This document shows positions 12,121 through 25,869 of a DNA stretch of 64,000 nt, one piece after another. Origin of the DNA: Eledone cirrhosa (Eukaryota); the NCBI GenBank assembly GCA_964016885.1, contig OZ024746.1, forward strand, positions 74,524,001-74,588,000. Reading direction: 5' to 3'. A model generated the notes under the pieces. That model searched no databases, had not been told where the DNA came from, and saw nothing but the letters and a program-made list of their open reading frames with translations. A program made the translations under genes and the position numbers. How positions within the stretch are numbered: the first letter of the stretch is position 1; each line of letters starts with the position of its first letter.

Positions 12121-12123
<3 letters not shown>
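11940..12123 (+). mobile_element. Hairpin-plus-tail mini-element, copy 1
   Basis: TAGGAAAATGTTTAACCCCTACGACAGAGCCCGTTTCGACGGC...GCCGTCGAAACGGGCTCTGCCGTAGGGGTTAAACATTTTCCTA palindrome followed by tail TTACCCACTCTACTAC...CTGGTGCGTTATGG...; between (TA)n tracts. Confidence 0.8.
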
Positions 12124-12206
<83 letters not shown>

Positions 12207-12934
12207 GCACACATCACATTATGACTCACCTTATTCTACGTATTCTTTTCTTGTACAATAAACATTTACACGCCTTCCGTTCATGTGAGGGTCGAAATAT
12301 TGTAAAGGTTTTCCTGCACTATATTGCTGTAAATAATTGTGAGTCGAGCATCGGATGTGCATAATCAATTGACATACGTATATGTTTATGTGTATAATGC
12401 GATATATCTATATATATATATATCTGTTTGAATGTGATATAATGCGATATATTTATATATATATATATATATATATATGTCTGTATAAATCTGAGGAAGT
12501 GCGTGTTATGGTTTTTAACGGATTCCCGTCCACAATTTCCAATGGATTCTATTCAAAGTCGGGACAATTATTGCTTTTGGTCAAGAGAAGGTCATGAAGC
12601 AAAAAAATTTCAAATCCATCAACAATAAGGGCAAAAATCGATCATTATCATTCTCCCTCTCTATAATTTAACTGCTTTACTCTCTCCGTCGCTCTTCACT
12701 CCCTATATGACAACACTGCAGAGAGAGAAACAATGTGTATGATCAAATGGAGCGTTTCGTAAATCCCTCTCTCTATAATTTAACTGCTTTACTCTCTCTG
12801 TCGCTCTTCACTCCCTATATGACAACACTGCAGTGGAGCGTTCCGTATTGACATACGGCTTATCTGGGGCATTTTCAATCGGCTTATTGCAAATAACAAC
12901 CCGCAAAATAACACTTCATATAACAGATTAATGC

Positions 12935-14352
12935 TATAGACATATGGATAGGAATGTGACCCATGAACCTGGGCAAAATTATTCGAACAGACATGACCTC
13001 ATTGCCAGAGTGTTCAGACTGAAACTGGCTAAACACATGGCTTTAATCAAAAAGGGTCGGGTATTTGGGGCTGTAAAATGTGACATGTTCACCGTCGAAT
13101 GGCAAAAACGAGGGCTGCCACATGCTCACATTTTGATTTGGTTAGCTGATAAAATCATTTAAAATGCCATAGACAGCTTCATTTCGGCTGAAATCCCTAA
13201 CCCAGCAACTGACCAGGAATTACATGACATCGTCAAAGCTAACATGGTCCGTGTGCCTCGGGTCCTAATGAGCATCAGACATGTCTGAAAGGGGGGTCGT
13301 GCAGTAAGGGATGCCCCCAAATATTTGTTGACCAGACTCAGACTGGTGGCGACGGGTACAGGCGTAGACGCCCCGAGAACGGTGGCTTCACCACAAAGTA
13401 AAGGGAGGTCAAGTCAATAGATGGGTGGTCCCTTACTGCCCGCTTCTCTTGATCAACGCCCACATCAACGTTGAGTTTTGCAACTCCGCCAAGTCGATAA
13501 AATACATATGCAAATATGTAAATAAGGGCTCTGATGCCGCATGTTCGCATTTCAAGCTGAAAATAGCAGGGACAAGGTCACAAAATACCTGGCGGGGCGG
13601 TACATCAGTAGCAATGAAGCTTTTTGGCGCCTATTTGGATTACCCCTACACCAACAGCACCCCGCCATCGAACAGCTTGCGGGTCATTTGAACAATGGGC
13701 AAAGGGTTTACTTTACGGACCAAACCGCCACCAAGTTGGCCGCCGATCCGAAAGAGACCACTCTGACGGGTTTCTTCAAACTTTTCCAGTTCGATACATT
13801 TGCGCAAACAATTGTGTACCCCCAGGTTCTACCTACTTTATATGGTCGAAAAACACTTGGGTGCGAAGAAAGTCAGGTCAGGCTGTTGAAAGACAACCTG
13901 GTGTAAAATTTGACAGCTGTCTTGGAAGGGTTTACACTGTGCCCCCAAGTCAGCATGAGTGCTTTCATCTCCGCCTTCTTTTGCATGAAGTTGTAGGACC
14001 ACAAAGTTTTCAGGACCTCGAAACTGTTGATGAAGAAATATGTGATACGTACCGCGAAGCCTGCTTTAAGCGAGGTCTTTTGGAAGATGATTCGCAATGG
14101 GATTCCACTTTAGCAGAGGGTGATTTGTTGAAATCACCTAAAGGTCTACGGGAACTATTTGCCATTTTGCTTCGAAAGTGTGAATTGGGTGATCCCAAAT
14201 CTTTATGGGTCAAGTACAGAGACTTCATGACTGAGGATTTCCTGCGCCTGGCTTATCTGCAGTATCCTTCAGTGGAAGTTGGTTACAGCGACATTATCTA
14301 CAACAGGGCACTCATTGATATTGAGGACGCCCTCCTCGACATGGGTGGGAGT
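12935..14352 (+). pseudogene. Helitron RepHel fragment (Rep HUH/Y2 domain and downstream linker), frameshifted
   Basis: RHDLIARVF, VEWQKRGLPHAHILIW (HUH), [33 protein letters not shown] (Y2), [48 protein letters not shown]; truncated before the Pif1 helicase. Confidence 0.93.
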
Positions 14353-14616
14353 GAGTGTGAGAGAGACATAAAAGACAATCATAAAACTTCCTTATTAAGC
14401 TGGGTGAGTAAACTGCCAATTAAATGGTAACATTATCCTTGGATTTTAAATGTTGTGAAATAAAAATAGTCAGTATGATCTTTTTCGACTCCAAAGGGCG
14501 TCATCTGAAACGCTACAATATACCGCATAACATTGCTTCTGAAGTGTTTAGCTTGGTTAGTACGGTCTGTAAGTATACATGGATAAAAGCTGGAGGATAA
14601 ATTAATTTCAAATAAT

Positions 14617-14807
14617 TGTTTCTACTTTTGGCACAAGGCCAGCAATTACCCAGTGCATTACTGGTACTTTATTTCGTCGACCCCATGAGGATGAAAGGCA
14701 AAGTTAACCTTGGCGGGCTTTGAACTCAGAATGGCAAGGGACGTAACTCTATGCGTCAAAGCATGGCGTCCGACCCTCTACCGATACTGCCAATCCACCG
14801 CCCTCTG
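14617..14807 (-). mobile_element. Full-length tRNA-SINE with an 18-bp target-site duplication
   Basis: AAATTAATTTCAAATAAT at 14599-14616 and 14808-14825. Confidence 0.9.
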
Positions 14808-15204
14808 AAATTAATTTCAAATAATATCAATTTTTCGTTATTCTGTAAAATCAAAGACTGTAAAACGAATTTATAAAAGCTAACGCCATATTGTTAGATC
14901 AACGGATCTATAGTTTAAGCCATTTCTAGACGTTCATGGAAGTTACCCCCCCCCCCCCCCTCACTCTCTCTGTATATCGGCCTATCTATCTCTTTCTGAG
15001 CTGTGGAGAGAAAAGTAGAGGAGTATGTGCGTATTTTGTAGGCCTGTATCAGCTGTAAGAGTATATGTTTCGGATCATAAGAGAGCCATAGCAATCTACG
15101 AGTGACTATACATGTACACGTGTAATAATGGACGGGGTAAACGTGACCGGGGGGTGGGGGTGGGGGGCAAAGTCTACTCGTGAAATTAGCGAGCAAGTGA
15201 CTGA

Positions 15205-15397
15205 GCATTCTAAAGACACGCGTGACCTTTACGTAGTTTCAGTGTGCCACTTTGTGTGACAGTGCTGGTCATTACAGGTACAACTCATTTTCGCCAGCTG
15301 AATGGACTGGAGCAACAGTGTCTTGCTCAAGGACACAATGCGCCGCCGGGAATCTAACTCCCTACGTTACGGTTGGAAGCCGAATACCTTAAGCACG
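15205..15397 (-). mobile_element. CORE-type tRNA-SINE
   Basis: Minus strand GTGTCCTTGAGCAAGACAC (CORE-like) preceded by a degenerate B-box. Confidence 0.65.
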
Positions 15398-15707
15398 CAC
15401 TTTCACACACATAAATACATATATAAACACATACACACATATATATATATATATATACAAACGCAAACACGCATATATATATATATATATACAAACAAAC
15501 GCACACGTGCACATGCACACACATATACACAGGCACAGACACACGCATATACAAGCACACAGGCACACACACACAAACACACACAAATATATATATAAAC
15601 ACACTCACACACATATAAATAAACACACACACACATATATATATATAAACACACACACACAGAAACATACAAACACGCACAACTATATAGAAACACACAC
15701 ACACACT

Positions 15708-15759
<52 letters not shown>

Positions 15760-15864
15760 TACATACAAACACGCACACTCGTTTACACAGCCACTTTACT
15801 GTGAAACCCAATATAAACATTTTTTCTTCCCTCGTACAATTATTTTGTCACTGTCTCTCAAAAT

Positions 15865-17110
15865 ATTACCCCTCTCTCACTAAAATATTATACCTTCCTC
15901 ACCCTCTCTATATACCACTACATGGCTCACTCTCTCACTAGACCAACATTCTCCCTCTCTCACTAAACCACCAAAATCTCTTCCTCTCTCTATATCCGAC
16001 TACATACCTCACGCTTTCACTCTCCCAATTTTTCTTCTCTCACTTAACCACAAACTCTCTCCGTCTCTCTATATACCATTACATACCTCACTCTCCCCCA
16101 ATTTTCCTTCTCACACTAGATCCCCCAAATTCTCCCCCCTCCCTATATACCAGTACATACCTCACTTATTTCCCTCACTTAATTCCCCCTCTCGCACTCG
16201 GCGAATAAACTCTCACCCCTCTCTATAAACTACTACGTACCTAACTCTCTCTTACAATTCCCCCTCTCTCACTAGACCACCAAATTCTCTTTCCCCCTCT
16301 ATGTTCCACTACGCACCTCACTCTCTTTTACTCTCTTATCGTATCTCCCTCTCTATGTATCCCAATATATATCTCACTCTCTCACAATTCCCCCTCTCTC
16401 TCTAAACCAACAAATTTTCTCCCCCTCTCTATATCCCACTACACATCTCACTCTCTCTCACAATTCTCCCTCTCTCACTAAACCAACAAACTCTCCCCCT
16501 CTCTCTATAGCACTACATAGCCCATTCTTGCACATATCCCACTCTCTCACTAGACCACCAATCAATCTCCCCCTCTCTATATCATACTACACATCTCACT
16601 CTCTCTCACTCAGCCAATAAACTCTCCCCCTCTCTCTCTCTCTCTCTCTCTCTATACTTCTACATACATTACTCACAAGTCCCCCTCTTTCAATAGACCC
16701 CCCTCTCTATATTTCACTCTCTTAATTCCCCCTCCCTCACTAGAGTAACAAACTCTCTCCCCCTCTTTCTCTATCCTTCTACATGCATTACTCTCTGTCA
16801 CAATTCCCCCTCTCTCAGTAGACCACCAAATTCACTCCCCCTCTCTATATTCCACTAGATAACTCGCACTATTTCACTCACTTAATCCCCCCTCTCTCAC
16901 TAAACCAACAAAATCATTGCATACCTTAATCTCCCAATTCCCTCTCACTAGACCTCTCTATATCCTACTACATACCTCACTCTCTCTCACTATTCCCACT
17001 CTCTACCCCAGCGATCAAATTCCCTCATCCTCTCTATATACCACTACAGACCTCACTCTCTCCCACTCTCTTAATTTCCTCTCTCTCATTAAACCAACAA
17101 ACTCTTCCCC
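15865..17110. repeat. Degenerate pyrimidine-rich minisatellite
   Basis: Recurring CTCTCTCACTA(A/G)ACCA(A/C)CAAA...CTCTCTATAT..CACTACATACCTCACTCTCT units. Confidence 0.8.
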
Positions 17111-17154
17111 GCCTCTCTCTCTGGCTCTCTCCCTCTCTCTCCCTCTCTCTCTCT

Positions 17155-17196
<42 letters not shown>

Positions 17197-17306
17197 ACAT
17201 ATGTGTGTATTTGTGTGTGTGTGTCTGTGACCATCGTATATAGGTCACAAGCACCCACATATAAATATATATATATATACACAGGCACATGCACACACAG
17301 ATATAT

Positions 17307-17500
17307 ATCTATCTAAGGCGGGTAAAATTCCCGAGATCCATGGACGAGTTCTCTCCAGCGGTCTCTGTCCCTCATCATCGCTGCCATGTCCTGCGACTCC
17401 AACAGACCAGTGTCTGTCCTTAGGGCATCAACATACGTTAACCTTGGTCTTCCTCTTCTAGTGTGTCTATGTAGGGGCTCCCAAAGGAGCACTGAGTGCA
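17307..17500 (-). mobile_element. 3'-terminal fragment of the RTE LINE
   Basis: LHSVLLWEPLHRHTRRGRPRLTYVDALRTDTGL...REFYPP*, then a TAGA tail. Confidence 0.92.
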
Positions 17501-17708
17501 AATTCATATATATGTATATATACACACACTCACACACATATATATATATATATGTGTGTTTCGAATTTCATTTTACATTATATACATGTTTGTGTATATT
17601 TTAATTATTCATTAAAGTATTTTTAAGTGAACGTTACCCAACGTGTCACAGGTGGTCTAGTACCCAATAATAACCACGCGCCGCAGCCAGCCTCGTAAAA
17701 TAATAAAT

Positions 17709-17945
17709 AAATATCGGGGTTTGTCTGGCTCTTTCCTCTTCGCACCGCTCACCGTCGAGACCTCAAGCGTACTTGGACCCCTTACTGCCGAGCTCCTTTG
17801 CAAAATCGGAGCGTCCGCGGCCAGTCTGAGGAGGGAGCCCCGCGTGGTTGGGTGGCCGTTGCAGCGAGCGACACTGGTCATCGTCCGGGGGAATGCTTTT
17901 GCCGTCTTGTCAGCGGGGCGCAGCACATCTGCCCTCTTGCCCTAG
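17709..17945 (+). pseudogene. CRE-clade non-LTR retrotransposon, C-terminal restriction-like endonuclease fragment
   Basis: KYRGLSGSFLFAPLTVETSSVLGP...IGA...EPR..GWPLQRATLVIVRGNAFAVL matches the CRE pattern KY..L...F.P.AVET.G..G...QR.S..IQRGNA; GC-rich island. Confidence 0.75.
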
Positions 17946-18769
17946 GCCCAAAGCCCAATCACCCTCTCCCTTCACCCTTCCCCTCTGTTCTGCAAGACCA
18001 GAGCTTTTGCCATCCCCCTTCCCATTCTTTTTTTTCTTTCTTTCTTTCGTTCTTTCTTTTTTATCCCCTATTCTTTCTTTCCTTCCTATAATTTTTACGC
18101 ATTTTAAGTACGAACGTATTTAATGCAACGCAGCTATCGATGTTACCTGTGGTTCAAGTTTCATACCTGGATATATGTGGACTTTTTTTTTTTCAAAATG
18201 GCCTGGCATATTCATTCAAAGTTTATGACAATATGCCTGCGGCCTTACAAGTCGAAATTGGATGCAAATCAAAAATAACTTCCGAGTATTGACTCATCTT
18301 ATTCTTTTCACAAACATATATTTTCTTTACCTTAGTACTATAATCACATATGACTCTTAATTGTTATTCTCTCTTATACGTGAATATTAAAACGATTTTC
18401 TTTTCGAATTAGATTTTAATAGATTACTATGTATGAAATGTTCAATATGTAATATGTTGTGAAATGATAAGTAACAAATCATTGAAACACAAACATAAAA
18501 ACATTTGAAAACGGAGCAGATTTTCAGATGAAAAAAACATTTGAATGTGAAAGAAAAGAAATAAATATGTTAAACAATACCAAAGTGTTTCAAGTAATAA
18601 TCAAACCACATTTTAATCATCAAACCACATTGGCATCATAACTATGTTTCTTTGTTGAAAGAAAAATCAAGATATGTGAAGAGGGCCATGCAAAAACAGA
18701 AGCATTCGTTTGCTCCGTATTACAAGCGAAGTTTATTTTGCTAAAGAGTTGCCATCTGTTTCATTAATT

Positions 18770-19960
18770 GATACAGTCTATATACGTAATGGAGATATAC
18801 TTGATATATTGTTTTCCACAATAAAGGTATACGGAGTATTAAGTATTCAGGAAGATGATTTGATCAACATGAATGAAGATTCCTAACTTATGGTTTATGT
18901 GTGATGGTCTGTTGTTAAACGCATTGAAGAAGACTTGTTTATGTTGCAAACTGCTTTTTACTTAAACAAGTGGAAATGTTTCTTTTGGAATGGGAGATAC
19001 TTTCTTTAATACAGAAGTATTTCAGCTAGAATGAGTGATTCAACGCAAACGGCTTCCTTGCACTCAGAACGCTTGGAGCTTGTTAAAGGTTTAACGAAAA
19101 GGTAAGAGAAATTAATTCTCATATGAAATTTTTCAACTTCCTTTTTTGTTTTTTACATACAGAATATTCTGCTTCAAAATGTATGTCATTGACATTAGAT
19201 TTGATAATGACATCTTTTAAATTGTAAACTTGATAAAGTCAAAATCTCTCAAAATCATACTCTTCAAGGATTTTGTTCTTCTTTAAGATCTAGATACGAA
19301 AATTTACTTTTATTCAGTGACATTGGATCGCTATCTCGTGAAAAAGTTCTGTAGAGTGTTATGTCACTATGAACTGAAGCAGAATATTTTATCTGAAAAA
19401 ATATGATTTAGTTTCAAGGTTTTCAGATTCAAAGTGAATGCTTAAATTAGCTTATCTTGCAAATATTTTTCTGCATTGCATAACTGTACAAGGTCGAGAT
19501 CAAACAATTATTGGTTTAATGGAGAAAATATGGGCTGAAAGAAACTTTCAAATCGGGGAAAAAGAAAGTGGAGCAAAGAAAAACTATCTCTTCTAACATT
19601 TAATCTACTGAAAGAGATTACTGTAAATAACTTTAATGACAAACGGAATATTATCTTCAATCATATTGCTAATAGATAATAGAATTCAATCACCATATTT
19701 CAAGAGAGAATGCTTAGAAATACAATTAGGTGCAAATTATATTTAGTACAGACATTAACGTCATTGATGAGGATTTTGTCAACACTGATTAATTTCGATA
19801 GCATTTTCTTGAAGTCCACATTCATGCAACAGTTTTAATTTCAATAAAAAGATTGATTCTATTAGAATATTTTGGTCGAATGTTAGGAAAGAATATAATA
19901 ACTGGAAATTCATTAATAAAGATGTTAATTTTTCTTGGCTACGCAATATCTGTTTTCATC
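18770..19960 (+). pseudogene. Decayed hAT Charlie/Buster-type transposase
   Basis: IVNLIKSKSLK..., NLLLFSDIGSLSREKVL (cf. LLL.TEVRWLSRGKVL), DLVSRFSDSK*MLKLAYLANIF, VQGRDQTIIGLMEKI; boundaries approximate. Confidence 0.65.
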
Positions 19961-21813
19961 CAAACAAATACAACAACCAAATTAATAAAACAAATAATAT
20001 AGGCGGGTATTTTGGTGCAAATCCTAAATAGTTGCAACTTTATCTGAGTGGACACAATACTAACCCAAACGTGTTCTATGTGTCAGTTCAACTTAGATCT
20101 TGAAATGGGTTGAGGTGTTACAACCCAAATTAACTGAAGCAAACTATCTAAAGTGTTATGCATGTTAAGTAAAATGATTTGGAACATTATTTTAAATTGT
20201 ATGGTGCACAAGTAAATTATGTTTAGAAATTGAATCTTATGAAACCAGCCCACAATCTAAATACGATTATTGAATCTTAGTATATTTTTAAAAAGTCCAA
20301 ATACTCACGCTTTAATAGTAAATGTAATTTTATTTCGAATTGCCAGAATATTTTTGATCGTATTACAAAATGGCCCGCGATATTGGATCTGATACACTGC
20401 GTTCAAATCTTACTAAGGTCAAGCTTGCTATCAGAAATGTTTGACTGGAAGGCATCATGCCTTGTAATATTTGTTTCGACGTTTTGCATTCTGAGTTCGA
20501 ACTCCACTTTAGCCTACATGGTTGGTTCACTAAATCATTCGCCCAACTTAACACAAATACGAAGCACTTGGGTGTCAATAGCGGAATCTATTTTTTAATG
20601 AATTCAGTTCAGCCCTTCAATTTGAGGATAACTTGAACCAATCTCGGAGGCAACGAAATATGATGCAGGCAGTGGACTGACATTTACCTAGCAGTAAAAA
20701 TCAAAGGAACAATGGGATCTATTAAATCACAAGTGATACACTGTGCTACAGGTATCGTACACAAGACCTTAATCATTTTTGTGAGGCATATCAATCTCTA
20801 TTTCTATGAAATAAATAATCTTTTACAGAACAAAATTAATTTCCCCCCCAATTAAATATTAATAAGGAATATGGAGAGGACTTATATCGGTGTCGACCTT
20901 GAGTGTTCCTGTTTTTCGGCAAATTAAACAGCCGCAATGTGAATTTAACGTGCAAGCGGCGGACATTCAACAACAACCCTGTAGGAACGTACGGCGTTTT
21001 CAAATGTCCGATTTCCTTCAGAGAACGAGAGTGAGAAAGAGATATGCAAGAATCGTCTCCGGAACTGGACTGGTACTTTGTTAACCGACCCCGAAAGAAA
21101 GAAATACAACGTTGACCTCAATGGAATTTGAACTCAGAGTTCAGAGAGCCAGGGCCATAAGGTAATCGTGTGTTTGGAAACAAAATAAAGTATGGTCGTT
21201 AGAACTCCATGTGAGCTAACTCAAATATAACTAATCCCTACTAACAGTTATATGACCAATGGTTAATGACTAGTGTACTTGACTTAATCCACCGCCCGCT
21301 TCAGTACCCTCGCCTTCATCTTAATTGATGCTATTGTAAACATTCGGGTTAGAATTCCAGTCTAAATGTAATGATTACTCATCTTCCTACCCACCTTAGA
21401 GCCATGAAACATTTCAGGGGTATTGTCTTGCCTCCTCTGACTCAGGTAAGAAACAAGCAATAAAAACTTTTAGAGCAATATTAATCACAGTGAAACGTGA
21501 TGTTTGTTATCTCCAGCACAATTCTTGATAAATTGATATCATCTGCTCACGTTGATAGACTAAGTAACCCATAGCAACTGATACATATCTCGTTAGAATT
21601 CTCTATTATCACACAATATGAAAGTGTATGTGTACGTGTGTATGTATTGCTGTGTTCGGGTCAATGTTCGCGAATGTATGTATGTATCTGTAAGTGTACT
21701 GTAAGTCATAAAATGTGGCCTGTTCTTTGCGGTTAAGCGTGCATAAATATATACATACATACACGCACACATGTGTGGCCGCGTATACTGGTGTGATTGT
21801 ATGTAGGGAATAT

Positions 21814-21879
<66 letters not shown>

Positions 21880-23077
21880 ATATGTGTGTGTATGCGTGTG
21901 GGTTTGTACAATAGTAATGTGTAAATCCAGTTTACTAACGTTTAATAAAGAAACTAATATTGATCGTACACTGCTGTCTGTGAAGCTTGTTTGTTTCAGC
22001 TGACAATGTCTAATTATTCTGTTTACTCCTCTGTGTTAAAGTTATATTCACCACCATCCTCACCACTACAGTCAGTATCGGCTTTATCCTTCTCTTTCAC
22101 ATCACCAGCATCCTTATCCACAACAGCAGCATCAACATTATCATCCGTCATCCTTATCATTATCTTCATCACAATCATCGACACATTACCATCATCATTA
22201 TCATTCTAATCAACAGCATCAGTATATATCATCATCATGACCACCATCAACAATATAACAAACATCACCAACCTCAGCAGTACAATGAGCCCTTTACCTT
22301 GACCTTGTTTTTCTATCCCACCAAGCTACGCTATATCTTATCGTATATCATCTATGAAATACCAGTTGTTATCTCATTTTCCTATCTGGCATTAAAAACC
22401 CCTTCTGTTGTTATCCCTCTCTCTTTAATATTTAAATAATATAGTTTATTTATTGATTAATGTAATGAGGACAATGGGCGGCGCTGTAGTGTTGATTATT
22501 TAGAGATAAATCCATTAGAATTGCATCAAGTAGGATATACTATATAATATAATAGCTAAGGTATTTGATACACCCCTTACAGATCTTGCCAGCTGTACAT
22601 TATTGCCACTTTTACTTACTCGTTATATCAATCTTTCCAGCTTCCTGCTACTTATATCTTGCATCAGTATCAAAAAGCATTTATTATTCTGGTGATAGTT
22701 TCATGGCGAAACATGAACTTGCATCTATTTATTTGAAAAATATATTATGTTGTGAATTTAACTTGCCCCACACTTTATTTGTTTTTATTGCTATTTTGTA
22801 TCACATTACCCATATATCAGAAATCCAGCATTTCATAAATGCCATTATTCGAACGAGTGATCCTTGCATTGCAGCATATGTGTCAATACAATACATATAT
22901 AATTCATAGCTATATCATTTTATCTATGATGTCCTGTACTTATATTTGTCACTGCATTATGTACCAAATATTATTACGTTTAGGGTAAACTTAATAATCG
23001 AGTGTCCAGCACACAACGATAATGTTACATTTTAACTTGCCGTAAATATGTACATTCGTATAATTTCACAAACTTTG

Positions 23078-23232
23078 GTGGATTAGCAAAGCTGTTAGAA
23101 CGTCCGATAGAATGCGTTACGGTATTCGTTCCGGCTCACTACGCACCCTGAGTTCAGAGCCCGCCCATATCAGCTTAACCTCATTCTTCTGAGGCCGATA
23201 AAAAAAAATGCTAGTCCAGTATTTCGGTCGAT
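23078..23232 (+). mobile_element. Degenerate tRNA-SINE
   Basis: GGTGGATTAGCA...CTGAGTTCAGAGCCCGCC...GAGGCCGATAAAA. Confidence 0.55.
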
Positions 23233-25569
23233 TATCCTCCTCTTTCCCCCTCATTTCTCTTTTTCGCCCTTGATCCATTCTCTCACACCCTCTTTATCCT
23301 TCCCCTAATTAAAAAAATAGTGTGCGTTCAGACCGTCAGAGGGATGGGCTCCACCAGGTGTAAAGTGCATAAGCTATGCCGTATGTCACAAAACCTTTAT
23401 CATTTCAAGTTCCTTCCTCGTTGTGAAACATTGCCTCTAACATTGCCTCTAGATCTTGCTTCGCTTTGTGGTTCGTGTAGGGCATAAAATCGTGATAGTG
23501 TGAGTTTCAATCCCAGACCTATTGGTGTGCTGCTCTAATTCACTCGGCTGGAAAAAATGAATTGTGACGTTATTGGTGTCAAACTATATCGGCCTTTATC
23601 TTAGACAACATCGGTGACTGGTATGCATGGGTTACTGCTGATCTACAAGCAAAATACCTTTCCCGATCTTGTTCGTCGTAGAGGAAAATTCGAGGTGCAG
23701 ACCCATGGTGATTCATGTTAAAATGGGGCGTATGACTTCCAGAAAACAAAGGATTAAATTTCAGTTGTTAGGTGAGTTCACCTCTATTTATGCCATTTAC
23801 AATTTAATGAATCATGACATTGACACTCCAACACTTGAGATTGACGCAATAATTGAATGGTTATGAAGCCCTTTCTCAGATTTCTATGTCACATGTTCAT
23901 TCCCCAAAGCAGGCAGTATGTTTTCTGTCTACTTGCCAATATTTCACACTCACGTGATCTCATTAAAACCTCCTAAGCTGGTTGCTGCCGTTGCTTAACC
24001 TCGAGAGTCAGCAGTAATTAAGCTGACATAAGCAAAGTTATTCAGTTCGTGATCATTTTATAATATAAGTGGCATTATACATACCTAGAACTATATTATA
24101 TAAAGTGGTTTTCTTCTTAATGACAACAAGATGGCAGGTTGGCAGACATTAGAGCGGCGTCCAATAGATTTACAGTATTTGCTTCTGGCTCCCTGCGCTC
24201 TGGGTTCAAATTTCTCAAACCATACCTTGCATCACTTTGAGATTGTTAAATTCCGCTCATACACTGGAGTCAAACACCCCCCCCCCCCCTCTCAAGTGGT
24301 TATGGGGAAGGGGCCTTGAAAGAAGCGTTCACATTGCAGCCCCAATGAGCTTTCACCACTATTCAGTGGATACAAGAATGCAACAATAGAATTACGAGTA
24401 TATTTTCGAGGCATTAACTAACAGCTATTTCTCGCAGATCGAATGATCACTCAGTACTTTCCTCGGGAGATAACCGTGCCATGATACATGTTAAGTAGCT
24501 TGATTGCCAAAAGTTTTCCTCGTTTATTGTTGAACATCAGCAGGTTGGTGTTGAACCTTTAGTCGTGAAAAGAAACCGATTCGTCTAATAACCATACTGA
24601 TGTACATCTGCCGATAAGATCTTTCTTTCCCTCCCATTCTCTGCATAATTAGAATTCCCGTGTTGATTGTGCTGTTGTTGATGTTATTAGTATTGCTAAC
24701 ATCATCGTCATTACCCAGATTACTATCCCCATCGTCAACCTCACCATCTGTGTAGGTGACGTTGCTAACGCCGTAATTATCATCACCATCATCATTCGAA
24801 CGTAAACGACGTCTACCGGAATTGTTATTACCGTTCTTCCTTGTTTGGATCATGTGAAAACAAAATCTAAATAAGTATTAAAAATTGGTTTATCTCTTCC
24901 ATTCTACAACCACCTTTCCTCGCCCACTTTCACTTCGTCCAACTCTCATCGAAATACTTAGACTATTTCCGCCAAACTACGTCGTCATTTGTCGATATAT
25001 CTCTTCTGAAGAGCTACTCTTTTATCTATATGTCTCATTGGTCGACCACTTTTATCAGCAATGTCTTATCAGTGTGTGTGAATCGAAAATACTAAAGCAA
25101 CTCTCTACTGTCATATAAAAACCTTCTCTTGATAAATATCTATTGTGATATATATCTCTCGTCTCTTTGCGCACGTTTCTTTGATGGCTGATAGAAACAG
25201 GGTCATTATCTTGGAAGCCTTCGAAAACTTCTTCACTTACTTTATTCTTATACACAGCTACAGAGAAATCTTCGTATGTATCACTCTTTCTCTCCTTCTC
25301 CATCCATTTCCTGCTCCCACTCTATCTTTCGCTTTAATTTATCTACCTACCAATCATTTACTTTCTGTATATGGCTGTGCGCAAGTAGCGCACCCGCACA
25401 CACACATACATCCATACATACACACACAAGATTGTTCAAACTTCATATGTATATATGTCTGAGTAAGTTTTTCCTCTCTCATTCTATATGTTTTGATGTA
25501 CTTAAGTGTACGTATGTTTGTGACCCATATAGTTCCGCTTGCAACTGTGTGTCTGTGTTTATGCATGCA

Positions 25570-25632
<63 letters not shown>

Positions 25633-25633
25633 T

Positions 25634-25686
25634 GAGATTCTACAGGACTAGAACTGTTTCATTCTTTAGAAATCATCAGGAATCTC
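25634..25686 (-). ncRNA. Type I hammerhead ribozyme with complete stems I, II and III
   Basis: GAGAUUC-CUGAUGA-U UUC uaaa GAA U-GAA ACAG uucuaguc CUGU A^GAAUCUC; GUA cleavage triplet, 7-bp stem I, 4-bp stem III. Confidence 0.88.
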
Positions 25687-25687
25687 T

Positions 25688-25740
25688 GAGATTCCTGATT
25701 ATTTCTAAAGAATGAAACAGTTCTAGTCCTGTAGAATCTC
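25688..25740 (+). ncRNA. Hammerhead copy with a core mutation (CUGAUUA), probably inactive
   Basis: Mirror of 25634-25686 with G8 changed to U in CUGANGA. Confidence 0.7.
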
Positions 25741-25821
25741 ATCTATATTAAAACTTTTATACTCTGCAATGTATTGAGTACCTTACTTACTGCGGTTACC
25801 TCCGATTCAACCCGGAATAAC

Positions 25822-25869
<48 letters not shown>

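Larger units (their letters stand above)
25625..25822. mobile_element. Fold-back mini-element: palindrome of two hammerheads around a 1-nt centre, plus a right-hand tail
   Basis: Arms ~25627-25686 and 25688-25747 differ at one position; tail to 25822; (TA)n on both sides. Confidence 0.85.

Noticed and set aside
12271-12310. Hammerhead-like 3' halves (stem plus GAAA-UAUU-GUA here; GAAAC-ACGC-GUC at ~3470; a CUGAUCA variant at ~670-706 minus)
   Set aside because: The CUGANGA core is missing or mutated; at most dead remnants.
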